Numbered from the stretch's first letter, positions 49,946 through 60,098 are shown. The stretch: DNA of 64,000 bases from Alphaproteobacteria bacterium (GCA_965232515.1 CBDDPY010000002.1:6912001-6976000), one strand, 5' to 3'. Program-made: numbers and translations. The notes: generated by a model from the letters alone, not told the origin.

Positions 49946-50493
49946 ACCGGCCGCACTTCGATGACTTCCGGGACGTAGTGACGAAGCATGTTCTCGATGC
50001 CGGCCTTCAGCGTCGCGGTCGAACTCGGGCATCCAGAACAGGACCCCTGCATGTGCAGGTAGACCACGCCTTCCTCGAAGCCGTGAAACAGTATGTCGCC
50101 GCCATCTTGGGCCACCGCCGGCCGGACGCGCGTATCGAGGAGCTCTTTGATCTGAGCGACGAGTTCGTCGTCCTCATCCGATGCCGCGTGCGCCGAAACC
50201 GCGCCGTCATCGGTGAAGAGTGGCGCGCCGGACGTAAAATGCTCCATGATCAAACCGAGCACTGACGGCTTGAGAACCTGCCACGACTGATCGTCCGTCT
50301 TCGTCACGGTAATGAAGTCGGCGCCGAAGAAGACGCCGTTGACGCCGGCAACCTCGTACAAACGGCCCGCCAATGGCGAAGCCGCAGCATCCTCGCGTGT
50401 CGGAAAGTTGGCGGTGCCATTTTCCATCACGGACTGGCCCGGCAGGAACTTGAGGGTTGCTGGGTTCGGCGTCTCTTCGGTTTGGATGAACAT
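49942..50493 (-). CDS. NifU-family (Nfu) Fe-S carrier
   Basis: MFIQTEETPNPATLKFLPG; VRPAVAQDGGDI; GSCSGCPSS. Confidence 0.93.
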   Translation of the reverse strand: MFIQTEETPNPATLKFLPGQSVMENGTANFPTREDAAASPLAGRLYEVAGVNGVFFGADFITVTKTDDQSWQVLKPSVLGLIMEHFTSGAPLFTDDGAVSAHAASDEDDELVAQIKELLDTRVRPAVAQDGGDILFHGFEEGVVYLHMQGSCSGCPSSTATLKAGIENMLRHYVPEVIEVRPV

Positions 50494-50534
50494 GGTTCAA
50501 CGCTTCTCGTTCGATCGGTTGGTTCGCTTGGGCG

Positions 50535-50932
50535 TCATGCGACGTTCCCCATTCCCGAAAGGTCGGTCACGCTCCAGAAGGCGGTAGCGGCGGCGAACAT
50601 GGCGCCGTGAGATGCCGTCGCGTCCGGGCTCGACGGGTCGTCGTCGAAGCGCCCGAGTTCTTTGGCGATGTCGAAAAAGCCGGACGCCGGCAGCCCGCCC
50701 CGCGCGCGACTGATGACGAGCGCGGCAATGAAGGGATGGTCGTTGGCCGCATCTTCCCGCATCAGCCATTCGAGGGCTTCCGTGACCTGATGATCGTGTT
50801 CGGCGGCTCGAGCTCCAAGGCTTCGGCAAGCGCCTAGTAGTTGATCGGTTCACCATGCACCGCGATCCGTCGAAGGTAAGTCCGGACACGTCCGGCCAGT
50901 GCTTGCGTTGTTGGCACATTGTTTTCCAGCAT
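50535..50932 (-). pseudogene. Disrupted hypothetical protein (nonsense plus frameshift)
   Basis: ATG 50932, TAG at 50836-50834, frame change near 50790, then EALEWLMREDAANDHPFIAALVISRARGGLPASGFF. Confidence 0.65.
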
Positions 50933-50937
50933 GACCG

Positions 50938-51258
50938 TCATGACACGCCCTTTGCGAGATCGAAGAGGCTGAAGGGGTCATTCGCGGGCTTGGTTTCGAG
51001 AACCGGTAATGGGTCCTCGAACAGCCTGCCGTCGGATTCGATCACGACGCGCCAAACCCGCGCCCGATAGCGGAATGTGAGACGGGTCCGACCGGCGTCT
51101 TCGTTTTCACCAGTTTCAGTGACGCTCATAACCAAGCCCTTGGCCATGTTCTCCCTCAGAGCCTCAGTGCTGAGGCCCAGCTTGGGCGCCAGTGCCTCGG
51201 CCTCGACGGTAATCTCGCCGTCATTGACACGGATGGCTGTTGATGAAAGTGGGGTCAT
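50938..51258 (-). CDS. DUF6522-like small protein
   Basis: ETGENEDAGRTRLTFRY..RVVIESDG. Confidence 0.7.
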   Translation of the reverse strand: MTPLSSTAIRVNDGEITVEAEALAPKLGLSTEALRENMAKGLVMSVTETGENEDAGRTRLTFRYRARVWRVVIESDGRLFEDPLPVLETKPANDPFSLFDLAKGVS

Positions 51259-51260
51259 CG

Positions 51261-51854
51261 CTAGGCCGTCCCAACGCGTGGCGGCCCGGCTTTGCCGGAT
51301 TCGAAATTGATGCAGAGCTGCTCCAGCTCGTCGGCCGTAAGAGCCTCCTTCACGAAGCCGCATTCATACGCGTTCATGCCCTCCTGGCAGCAGCCGTCTC
51401 CTGCGAAATGCACGCACGTCTCGCACGTGCCGAAAAGCGGTTTACCCGTCTGCAACGCAACACTGCCAAGCAAACGCTGAAGCACGACGGAAAAACTGCC
51501 GCGGACGCCCGGGGGTAAAGCGTCCGCGGCCCGAACCAGAGCTTCGATGGGGTCATCGTTCAGAAGAGCCCTGGCTTTCTTTGTGAGGTCCAGTCTCACG
51601 CTTCGGCCATCGGTCTTCGATCGGGTCTGTTTCAGATAGCCGTCGGCGACCAAGCCTTTGATGGTTTGAGAGGCGGTGCCCCGCGTTGTGCCGTGAAACG
51701 CCGCAAACGCCGATGGTGTGCGCGAAAAGCGATTGGCCCGCGCGAAATACCTCAATCCGGCCCACTGGACCGGCGTCAAGCCACCCACGAGTCCGTCGCC
51801 CGACGCGATCCGTCCGAGATGAAGAATCAATTCGGCGATAACGCGGCTGTCCAT
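51261..51854 (-). CDS. MarR-family regulator with Cys-rich C-terminal extension
   Basis: LTPVQW..TRGTASQTI..DGRS..LT; tail CETCVHF..CC..EC..LC; AAGGAG RBS. Confidence 0.88.
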   Translation of the reverse strand: MDSRVIAELILHLGRIASGDGLVGGLTPVQWAGLRYFARANRFSRTPSAFAAFHGTTRGTASQTIKGLVADGYLKQTRSKTDGRSVRLDLTKKARALLNDDPIEALVRAADALPPGVRGSFSVVLQRLLGSVALQTGKPLFGTCETCVHFAGDGCCQEGMNAYECGFVKEALTADELEQLCINFESGKAGPPRVGTA

Positions 51855-51895
51855 GTCGCACTCCTTGTCCATGGGGTCGCTCAGGTCATTAGATA

Positions 51896-51968
51896 ATAGC
51901 GATTTCAAACTATATTGACAAGATTATGATTTCGGTTCCATACTAAAATAGTATGGTTTCAAAACTAT
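51896..51968. promoter_or_regulatory. Divergent marR/rrf2 promoter-operator
   Basis: TTGACA (51915) N18 CATACT; perfect IR CCATACTA-AAA-TAGTATGG (51938-51956); repeated TTTCAAA(A)CTAT. Confidence 0.6.
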
Positions 51969-51998
51969 CTAGCCAATAGATGGCGGAGGTAAAGGAAG

Positions 51999-52487
51999 AT
52001 GCGGATCAGCAGCAGCGCCTACATGGGTGTCGAGACACTGGTGCGCTTGGCGGTGCAGAGCGCGGACAAGCCTTGCTCGACGAGAGGGCTCGCCGAGTGG
52101 ATCAATCGGTCCGTGTCATATACGGAAACCCTCATGGCGCAGTTGCGCAAGGCGGGCCTTGTCGTCTCCCGACAGGGGCCAGGCGGCGGCTACGTTCTTG
52201 CCAGGCCGGCACACCGGATCACGGTTGCGGAAATCTTCGAGGCCGTCGACGCGCCATCGGACTTTGCCAACCGTCCGCTCAACGCCGACACGCTCGAAGA
52301 AGAGGACGTTCGCGATCTTCATGGCACGGACCTCCTCTGGGTGGCGCTGAAGAGCTACGTCCTGTTGTTCCTGAACGGTGTTTCGCTCGCCGACCTCACT
52401 CCGGAGACAGACAGTCTGGTCGGCGACGGCACCAACGACAACGTCCCGGTTTATCCCGTGGATATGGATTCGACAATGCAGCACTGA
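51999..52487 (+). CDS. Rrf2-family (IscR-like) regulator
   Basis: SVSYTETLMAQLRKAGLVVSRQGPGGGYVLARP, ITVAEIFEAVD. Confidence 0.9.
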   Translation: MRISSSAYMGVETLVRLAVQSADKPCSTRGLAEWINRSVSYTETLMAQLRKAGLVVSRQGPGGGYVLARPAHRITVAEIFEAVDAPSDFANRPLNADTLEEEDVRDLHGTDLLWVALKSYVLLFLNGVSLADLTPETDSLVGDGTNDNVPVYPVDMDSTMQH

Positions 52488-52551
52488 ACGCCTTCGATCG
52501 CCATTCCGAAGCTGCTGCGAACAACGCGCAGCAACATCATCAGGAGATCTT

Positions 52552-52773
52552 ATGCCGATATCGGAAACCGACCTCGAAAACGCCCTGAAGGAAAAATTCC
52601 CCGACGCGCAAATCGCATGTCGTGACCTTGCCGGCGATCAGGACCATTGGGAGGTCAGCATCGTCGATCCCGTCTTTGAAGGGCGGTCGCGCATTCTGCA
52701 ACACAAGATGGTCCAAGAGGCGGTGGTCGAACACGACATTCACGCGCTCTCGATCAAAACAGCAGCAAAGTGA
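52552..52773 (+). CDS. bolA: BolA-family protein
   Basis: [27 protein letters not shown]; AGGAG RBS. Confidence 0.9.
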   Translation: MPISETDLENALKEKFPDAQIACRDLAGDQDHWEVSIVDPVFEGRSRILQHKMVQEAVVEHDIHALSIKTAAK

Positions 52774-52784
52774 AGGAGGACTCC

Positions 52785-53120
52785 ATGGGTCAGAATACAG
52801 TTCTCGAGACGATCAAGTCGCAAGTCACCGAAAACGATGTCGTTCTTTACATGAAAGGCACGAAGGAGATGCCGCAGTGCGGGTTTTCATCGGCGGTATC
52901 GAAGCTGCTCACGGAACTCCAACTGCCCTATCTGGCCGTCAACGTGCTTGACAGCCCGGACCTCCGCGAAGGGATCAAGGAATTCACCGACTGGCCGACG
53001 ATCCCTCAGCTCTACGTCAAGGGTGAGTTTGTCGGCGGCTACGACATCGTTCGGGAATCCTACGAGGACGGCGAGCTTGAATACCTTCTGAAAGACAAGG
53101 GCCTGCTTACGCAGGGTTAG
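52785..53120 (+). CDS. grxD: Monothiol glutaredoxin (Grx4)
   Basis: [22 protein letters not shown]. Confidence 0.93.
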   Translation: MGQNTVLETIKSQVTENDVVLYMKGTKEMPQCGFSSAVSKLLTELQLPYLAVNVLDSPDLREGIKEFTDWPTIPQLYVKGEFVGGYDIVRESYEDGELEYLLKDKGLLTQG

Positions 53121-53131
53121 AGGAAGTCCAT

Positions 53132-53476
53132 ATGCAGACGGCGGCCCTGGCGACAAGGATCAACACACAAGACGCTCATGACGATGGCGTAACGGAGCGG
53201 CGCTCTGACTTGCGCCTTTTGCCAAAGCCAGAAAAACACATCTCAGCGATCCAAGGTCACGTCGTCCACGTTTGCTTCCCGGTGGTTGTTCCCGGTGAAG
53301 ACGGGCGCGTCATTCCGTTCGGTAGATACGAACTTACCGTCTCTCCTCAAAACGGATCTCCGGGCACGACACCGGAAAAGGTGATGTTGGCGAATCTGGA
53401 CAACGGCGCCCGTGTCGCTCTGTCGGTCCTGGAACTAACAGCGATCGCGCGCGATCCGGATGTCGAGATTATCTGA
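53132..53476 (+). CDS. Hypothetical protein
   Basis: GAGG RBS, fills the operon gap; no family recognised. Confidence 0.55.
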   Translation: MQTAALATRINTQDAHDDGVTERRSDLRLLPKPEKHISAIQGHVVHVCFPVVVPGEDGRVIPFGRYELTVSPQNGSPGTTPEKVMLANLDNGARVALSVLELTAIARDPDVEII

Positions 53477-53477
53477 G

Positions 53478-54257
53478 ATGGTGCAACTTCGCTTACCCGT
53501 CAATTCAAGGATCACCGCCGGACATGTCTGGCCGGGGCCTCATGATTGTATCCGCCCGAAATCTCTCAAGGTGTACCGTTGGAACCCGGACGACGAGCAA
53601 AACCCTCGCCTGGACACATACGAGATTGATCTCGACACCTGCGGTCCGATGGTTCTGGACGCGCTCATCAAGATCAAAAACGAGATTGACCCGACACTGA
53701 CGTTTCGCCGCTCTTGCCGCGAAGGTATCTGCGGTTCCTGTGCGATGAATATCGACGGCACCAATACGCTTGCCTGCACGCAGCCAATCACCGACATCAA
53801 AGGCGACGTGAAGGTCTATCCGCTGCCGCATATGGGCGTCATCAAGGATCTGGTGCCAGATCTGACACACGCCTATGCGCAATACGCGTCAATCGAGCCG
53901 TGGCTCAAGACGGTGACGCCCGAGCCGGAGCGCGAACGTCTTCAAAGTCCGGAGGACCGGGCGAAACTGAACGGGTTGGAAGATTGCATCCTCTGCTTTT
54001 GCTGCACCACAAGCTGTCCGAGCTACTGGTGGAATGGCGACCGCTACCTCGGCCCAGCCGTGCTCTTGCAAGCCTACCGCTGGCTCAGCGACAGCCGCGA
54101 TGAAGCGACCGGCGAACGTCTCGATCAGCTCGAAGACCCGTTCCGGCTCTATCGCTGCCACACGATCATGAACTGCGCGCAGACCTGCCCCAAGGGCCTC
54201 AACCCCGCAAAGGCGATCGCGGAGATCAAGAAACTCATGGTGGAACGCCGGATGTGA
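53478..54257 (+). CDS. sdhB: Succinate dehydrogenase iron-sulfur subunit (orphan)
   Basis: [34 protein letters not shown] all intact. Confidence 0.95.
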   Translation: MVQLRLPVNSRITAGHVWPGPHDCIRPKSLKVYRWNPDDEQNPRLDTYEIDLDTCGPMVLDALIKIKNEIDPTLTFRRSCREGICGSCAMNIDGTNTLACTQPITDIKGDVKVYPLPHMGVIKDLVPDLTHAYAQYASIEPWLKTVTPEPERERLQSPEDRAKLNGLEDCILCFCCTTSCPSYWWNGDRYLGPAVLLQAYRWLSDSRDEATGERLDQLEDPFRLYRCHTIMNCAQTCPKGLNPAKAIAEIKKLMVERRM

Positions 54258-54415
54258 AGCTGAACGGAAAACCATGCCGATGACAAACCTATTCGTCAGA
54301 TCACTGATCGTTTCCTCGCACTCACACCTGAGCGTCCGGCCAAACCCTTTCGCATCACGCTCATCTCGCAGCTCGTGGAACACGACCGCCGATCCGACCA
54401 AGCAAGCAGCCAGGA

Positions 54416-55429
54416 TTGCAGCCTTTGATTCTAAGCCAGCATTTGGTCCGGTTCCGAGCGCTCCTGCCCGGGCTTCTGGTGAGCGCCACCGTCGCGATTA
54501 CCGCGACGTTTCTTTCGGAGCATTATGGCGCGCCGGTAATGCTGTTCGCGCTCCTGCTCGGGATGGCCTTCAACTTCCTGGCCGACGAACCGCAATGCAG
54601 TGCGGGCGTCACCTTCACATCCAGCGCCGTGCTACGGCTTGGCGTCGCACTCCTGGGCGCCAGGATCACGGCCGACGAGGTGTTGAAACTCGGCTATGGC
54701 CCGCTGCTGCTCACCGTTTGCGGAGTCCTGCTGACCATTGCGTTCGGCATGTTTCTGGCCCGCCGCATGGGTCTGACGCGGGACTTCGGGATACTGACAG
54801 GCGCAGCCGTGGGCATTTGCGGCGCATCGGCCGCGCTTGCTGTTGCGTCAGTGCTGCCGCGTCACAAACACGGGCTGCAGGAACGCGATACGATCTTTGC
54901 CGTTCTTGGCGTGACCGCACTCAGCACGGTCGCGATGATCGTCTATCCGATCATCGTTGTGTCGCTGGATTTCGACGACCTGAAGGCCGGGATGTTCCTT
55001 GGGGCGACGATACACGACGTGGCCCAGGTGGTTGGCGCCGGCTACACGATTTCCGAACCGGCGGGCGAAGCCGCCACGGTCACGAAGCTCCTGCGCGTCG
55101 CGCTTCTGGTTCCCGTCGTAATCGCCATAACTTTGATCCTGTCTCGCGGCCGGCACACTGGCCATGGCAAATGTCCATCCTTTCCACTGTTCCTTTTTGC
55201 TTTCGTTGTCTTCGTCATCTTGAACAGTCTGGGCTTCATTCCGGAGCCGCTGCGCGCCGGAATGGAAGCCGCGTCTCGCTGGGCGCTCGTCGCGGCGATC
55301 GCCGCCCTCGGCATCAAGACCTCGCTCAAGGACCTCGCCGCGGTCGGACCCAAGGCGCTCATCCTGTTGATTGCCGAGACGTTCTGGATCGCAGCTCTGG
55401 CTCTCTCGGTCTTGTTGCTGATCGTTTGA
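54416..55429 (+). CDS. YeiH / putative sulfate exporter family membrane protein
   Basis: LRLGVALLG, ICGASAA, GATIHDVAQVVGAG, TKLLRV. Confidence 0.88.
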   Translation: MQPLILSQHLVRFRALLPGLLVSATVAITATFLSEHYGAPVMLFALLLGMAFNFLADEPQCSAGVTFTSSAVLRLGVALLGARITADEVLKLGYGPLLLTVCGVLLTIAFGMFLARRMGLTRDFGILTGAAVGICGASAALAVASVLPRHKHGLQERDTIFAVLGVTALSTVAMIVYPIIVVSLDFDDLKAGMFLGATIHDVAQVVGAGYTISEPAGEAATVTKLLRVALLVPVVIAITLILSRGRHTGHGKCPSFPLFLFAFVVFVILNSLGFIPEPLRAGMEAASRWALVAAIAALGIKTSLKDLAAVGPKALILLIAETFWIAALALSVLLLIV

Positions 55430-55524
55430 CGTAAACCTCGAAAGGACACCTTGCCGATGATGAACTCGATGACCTCACAGCGCATTCATTCAGGGGCGCT
55501 TCATGCGCGACCGAGAGGCCGTCC

Positions 55525-55854
55525 ATGACCTTCGTCGTCACCGAAGCGTGCATCAAGTGCAAGTACATGGACTGTGTCGAGGTCTGCCCCGTCGATTGCT
55601 TCTACGAAGGCGAGAACATGCTCGTCATCCACCCCGACGAGTGCATCGATTGCGGTGTCTGCGAACCGGAATGCCCGGCGGAAGCCATTCTGCCGGATAC
55701 GGATCAAGGCGCTGACGCATGGCTCCAACTCAATCGTGACTATTCCGACAAATGGCCGAACATAACTCAGAAAGGCGAATCCCCGCCGGACGCAGAGAAG
55801 TATGACGGAATGCCGAACAAGTTCGAAGAGCATTTCAGTTCCAACCCCGGCTAG
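55525..55854 (+). CDS. fdxA: 7Fe ferredoxin
   Basis: [17 protein letters not shown]...[12 protein letters not shown]. Confidence 0.93.
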   Translation: MTFVVTEACIKCKYMDCVEVCPVDCFYEGENMLVIHPDECIDCGVCEPECPAEAILPDTDQGADAWLQLNRDYSDKWPNITQKGESPPDAEKYDGMPNKFEEHFSSNPG

Positions 55855-55906
55855 GTGAACAGTGCGAGCAAACTGATAGGAGTCACAGAAATAGGTCTGG
55901 CAAGAA

Positions 55907-56428
55907 ATGAGGCATCACAATCTCATTTCCACGGAAGACACCGTTCTCGTCTTCATCGATTGCCGCGACAAAGCAATCGCTAACGGCGCGCCCTTTGATA
56001 TGCGCGCTATTGCGGACAACTGGGTTGAGCTCGCCACATCGGCCCTTGAATGGCGCGTTCCCATCATCGCAACGATGATGCAGCACGCCGAACTTAACGG
56101 CGCGAGCACGCTAGTGGATCAGATCCCCAGTATCGAAGCGATTGAACGCATAGGCGTAAACCCATGGGACCATGAACCCTTTGCGGAGGCGATTGCCGCG
56201 ACATCAAGACGTCGGCTTGTTCTCGCAGGCAGTTTTACGGAAGGAGCGGTCACGTTTGCCGCGCTAAGCGCTCTTCACGAAGGATACGACACCTACGTCG
56301 CCCATGATGCGTCTATCGGCGCGACCACCTCAGATCACGAAACCGCCGTCGCCCGAATGCGGCAAGCAGGTGCGGTTCCCGTTACATGCCGTCAGCTTCT
56401 CCTCGAATGGGGGCGGAATATTTCCTGA
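55907..56428 (+). CDS. Isochorismatase-fold (YcaC-like) protein lacking the catalytic Cys
   Basis: FIDC, NPWD, AGSFTEGAV, DASIG, RMRQAGA, EW. Confidence 0.75.
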   Translation: MRHHNLISTEDTVLVFIDCRDKAIANGAPFDMRAIADNWVELATSALEWRVPIIATMMQHAELNGASTLVDQIPSIEAIERIGVNPWDHEPFAEAIAATSRRRLVLAGSFTEGAVTFAALSALHEGYDTYVAHDASIGATTSDHETAVARMRQAGAVPVTCRQLLLEWGRNIS

Positions 56429-56518
56429 ATTCGAAAAAGCGGGGGTCGGCGCACAAGCCGGCCATTATTGAACCCTCTATTTACTTGCAAAATTGTCACA
56501 TAAGAAAAGAGCAATCAT

Positions 56519-57202
56519 TTGAAGACGACTTTGTTCATTACATCCTCGGGTACGGAGATCGGCAAGACATTCGTGAGTTCCCTGATTATTCGGCAATTGC
56601 GCAGACAAGGATATGCTGTCGAGGCGCTCAAGCCGGTGATTAGCGGGTTGACCGCTGACGATTTCACCAACAGCGACACAGCTCTCTTGCTTAATGCGCT
56701 TGAGAGACCGGTCACCACTAAAACCATCGAGCAGATGTCACCCTGGCGTTTCAAGGCGGCCCTGTCGCCGGATATGGCAGCCGCCAAGGAAGGTCGTGAA
56801 GTATCGTTCGGCGCCCTTGTCGAATACTGCACGGCCGCGCGAGCAATTGCCGAAGATGTACTGCTTATCGAAGGCGTGGGTGGTGTCATGGTGCCGCTGG
56901 ATCAAAACAACTTGGTGATCGATTGGATCGCGGCTCTTGCGCAACGAACAAACGTGCGTCCCGTTCTCGTGGTCGGCTCTTATCTTGGCACGCTAAGTCA
57001 CACGTTCACCGCAGCCGCCGTCTTGGCTGAACGCGGCGTGCCGCTTGTTGCCGTCATCGTGAGCGAGACTTTAGACAGTACGGTAGAACTATCGGCAACC
57101 GTGGATGCCATGATCCGTTTTCTTCCCGATGTTCCTATTGTTACGCTGCCTCACCTAAGCGCCGATGCTGTAAACGCACCGGATTTGACGTTTTTTTGCT
57201 AG
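56519..57202 (+). CDS. bioD: Dethiobiotin synthase
   Basis: GTEIGKT, KPVISG, LSPDMAA, IEGVGG, YLGTLSHT. Confidence 0.9.
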   Translation: MKTTLFITSSGTEIGKTFVSSLIIRQLRRQGYAVEALKPVISGLTADDFTNSDTALLLNALERPVTTKTIEQMSPWRFKAALSPDMAAAKEGREVSFGALVEYCTAARAIAEDVLLIEGVGGVMVPLDQNNLVIDWIAALAQRTNVRPVLVVGSYLGTLSHTFTAAAVLAERGVPLVAVIVSETLDSTVELSATVDAMIRFLPDVPIVTLPHLSADAVNAPDLTFFC

Positions 57203-57230
57203 ACCGTCCCCGGTTAGGGGGACGGTCTAG
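57199..57230. terminator. 13-bp perfect hairpin between convergent bioD and metE
   Basis: CTAGACCGTCCCC-GGTTAG-GGGGACGGTCTAG; no clear U-tract on either strand. Confidence 0.5.
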
Positions 57231-57236
57231 GAGACA

Positions 57237-59531
57237 TCAGGCGGACCGCGCTCTCAGCTTGCGCGCCGCTTCGACCATGTTGACGAGGGCGGGGCGTACC
57301 TCGTCCCATTTGCGGGTCTTGAGGCCGCAATCCGGATTGACCCAGATCTGATCCGGCGCCAGGCGCTCTTCGGCTTTGGCGAGCAGCGCCGCCATCTCGT
57401 CGACCGGCGGGCAGCGTGGCGCGTGGATGTCGTAGACGCCCGGACCGATCTCGTTCGGGTAACGGTAGTCGGTGAAGGCATCCAGCAGCTCCATTTTCGA
57501 GCGTGCCGTCTCGATGGAGATGACATCGGCGTCGAGCGCGCCGATCGCTTCGATGATGTCGTTGAACTCCGAATAGCACATATGGGTGTGGATCTGGGTC
57601 GCGTCATCCACTCCAGACGAGGCGAGCCGGAAGGATGCGACCGCCCAGTCCAGATAGCGCGCCCAATCGCCGCGCCGCAGCGGCAAACCTTCACGCAGCG
57701 CGGGCTCGTCGATCTGGATAATACCGATGCCGGCGCGCTCCAGATCGGCCACTTCATCGCGCAGCGCAAGGGCGATCTGGCGGCAGGTGTCCTCGCGCGG
57801 CTGGTCGTCGCGCACGAAGGACCATTGGAGCATGGTCACGGGCCCGGTCAGCATGCCTTTCATCGGCTTGTCCGTCAGCGATTGGGCGTAGGCGGACCAC
57901 TCGACGGTCATCGGCGCGGGCCGTGACACGTCGCCGAAGATGATCGGCGGGCGCACGTAGCGCGATCCGTAGCTCTGCACCCAGGCATGCTTGGTGAAGG
58001 CGTAGCCGGCGAGTTGCTCGCCGAAATACTGCACCATGTCGTTGCGCTCGAACTCGCCATGCACCAGCACATCGATGCCGATCTCTTCCTGCCAGCGCAC
58101 CGCCGCTTCGGTCTGGTCGCGCAGAAAGTCCCGATAGTCCGCATCGCCAAGACGGCCCTTGGCATGGCCCGCACGGGCCTTGCGCACGTCCTCAGTTTGA
58201 GGAAACGATCCGATCGTCGTGGTGGGGAAGGCCGGCAACGACAAACGTGCTCGCTGCGCCTGTCGGCGCGCTGTGAAGTCGCCGTGCCTGCGGGTCATGC
58301 CAGGCGTCACCGCTTGCAGCCGGGCCTGGATGGCCTCGTCATGGATCTTCCTCGATGTCGCGCGCGAGGCCACGGCGGCGGCGGACGCCGCAAGTTGGTC
58401 CTTGACCGCGTCCCGGCCCTGGTCGAGCGCCCGGCCAAGGGCGACGATCTCGTCCAGCTTCTGGACGGCGAAGGCGAGCCAGCTTTTCAGATCGGCGTCC
58501 AGATCGGGCTCCAGCTCCAGGTCGATCGGCACGTGGAGCAAGGAGCAGGACGGTCCGATCATGACCCGTTCGGCGCCGCGTTCTTCCATGACGGGTTCGA
58601 TCCGGTCCAGCAGGGCCGGTAGATCGGCACGCCAGATATTGCGGCCGTCGATGGCGCCCAGCGACAGCACAAGTTCGGCCGGCGCCTTGGCCAGCAGGTC
58701 GGCGACCTGGTCGGGTGCTCGCGCCAGATCCACATGCAGGCCGGCGACGGGCAGGGCCAGCGCCGTATCCAGAGCGTCGTCCAGCCCGCCGAAATAGGTC
58801 GTCAGCAGCAGCCTGACGCCGGCGGTCCCGGCCAGCGTCTCATAGGCGCGCTTGAAGGCGCCGCGTGCCGCGTCGTCCAGGTCGAGCACCAGACAGGGCT
58901 CGTCGATCTGCACCCAGTCAGCGCCCTCGGCAGCCAGCCGCCGCAGAAGATCGGTATAGACCGGAAGCAGTCCGGGCAGCAGCGACAGCGGATCCAGCGC
59001 CTCGTCCTTGCTCTTGCCCAGCAGCAGGTAGCTGACCGGGCCCAGCAAGACCGGCCTGGTGTTAAAGCCGAGCGCTTTCGCCTCACGGAACTCGTCGACC
59101 GGCTTGGTCGCCGCGAGCGTGAAGGTCTGACCGCGGGAGAATTCCGGCACCATGTAGTGATAGTTGGTGTCGAACCATTTGGTCATCTCCAGGGCGGGAA
59201 GGTCCCCACCGGCCCGGCCGCGGGTGCCGCGCGCCATGGCGAAATAGGTGTCCAGCGAGGGCGCGCCGCCGGACCAGCCGTACAAATCGGGGATTGCGCC
59301 GACCATGACGCTAGTGTCCAGGACGTGATCGTAAAGCGAGAAGTCATTACTCGGGATATGGGCGATGCCGGCGGCGTGCTGACGCGCCCAGGCCGCGGCT
59401 CGCAATGCGGCCGCGTCGTCAAGCAAGTCTTGCGTGCCAGTCTTGCCGGCCCAATGGCTCTCCAAAGCCTTCTTCAGTTCCCGGCGTGGGCCGATACGAG
59501 GAAAGCCGAGGGAGCTGGTCGTTATAGACAT
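57237..59531 (-). CDS. metE: Cobalamin-independent methionine synthase
   Basis: GFPRIGPRRELK, MTKWFDTNYHY, HTHMCYSE, WVNPDCGLKTR. Confidence 0.97.
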   Translation of the reverse strand: MSITTSSLGFPRIGPRRELKKALESHWAGKTGTQDLLDDAAALRAAAWARQHAAGIAHIPSNDFSLYDHVLDTSVMVGAIPDLYGWSGGAPSLDTYFAMARGTRGRAGGDLPALEMTKWFDTNYHYMVPEFSRGQTFTLAATKPVDEFREAKALGFNTRPVLLGPVSYLLLGKSKDEALDPLSLLPGLLPVYTDLLRRLAAEGADWVQIDEPCLVLDLDDAARGAFKRAYETLAGTAGVRLLLTTYFGGLDDALDTALALPVAGLHVDLARAPDQVADLLAKAPAELVLSLGAIDGRNIWRADLPALLDRIEPVMEERGAERVMIGPSCSLLHVPIDLELEPDLDADLKSWLAFAVQKLDEIVALGRALDQGRDAVKDQLAASAAAVASRATSRKIHDEAIQARLQAVTPGMTRRHGDFTARRQAQRARLSLPAFPTTTIGSFPQTEDVRKARAGHAKGRLGDADYRDFLRDQTEAAVRWQEEIGIDVLVHGEFERNDMVQYFGEQLAGYAFTKHAWVQSYGSRYVRPPIIFGDVSRPAPMTVEWSAYAQSLTDKPMKGMLTGPVTMLQWSFVRDDQPREDTCRQIALALRDEVADLERAGIGIIQIDEPALREGLPLRRGDWARYLDWAVASFRLASSGVDDATQIHTHMCYSEFNDIIEAIGALDADVISIETARSKMELLDAFTDYRYPNEIGPGVYDIHAPRCPPVDEMAALLAKAEERLAPDQIWVNPDCGLKTRKWDEVRPALVNMVEAARKLRARSA

Positions 59532-59796
59532 AAGGGAAACCTTTCACAGTCGCGCGCAACCTAGGCGACGCGTTCGTTAATGTTCGAGAAATGGGACGCC
59601 TGCGGATGTACCGTGCGTGGCCACGGCGGTTCCCGGGCGGACACCCGGCGGACATCACAACGCTGGAAAGGCAACATCATCAGCATACCCCATAGTCGAT
59701 TGGGGTAGAGCCGAGCGGACGCTTGCGGAGAACCGGAAGGCGGAACCTTCCGGTGCATGCGACCCACCGGGACACCCCGCCCGAGGACGTTCACAT

Positions 59797-59995
59797 CTGT
59801 CGCGGCAGGTCTCCTGGCTCGCGGGTCGGTGTGGCTGTCCGGCCTTCCCGACGCGTTCGCACGTCAGTGACCCATATCGACAGCAGCTCGCCGCTTACAG
59901 TTGCGGGGGCAGCTCCGGCTTTGCCGCCCATAGCGGCGCACCGGATTCCCTCTTAGCTTTCGGCCGGTTAGCGGCCGAAAGAACCGTGACAAGAG
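59797..59995 (-). ncRNA. Cobalamin riboswitch upstream of metE
   Basis: Minus strand has AAGAGGGAATCCGGTG, GCCCCCGCAACTGTAA, GGGAAGG and B12 box GAGCCAGGAGACCTGCC; TTGACA-N18-TAAATT just upstream. Confidence 0.93.
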
Positions 59996-60098
59996 TAATT
60001 TAGAGATCGAACACTGACCATGTCAACAGAAATATAAAGATATCCTTATGTTTTGATATCTGATTGCTGGCTGAGGACAAACCCGCCACGTCGGTTGC

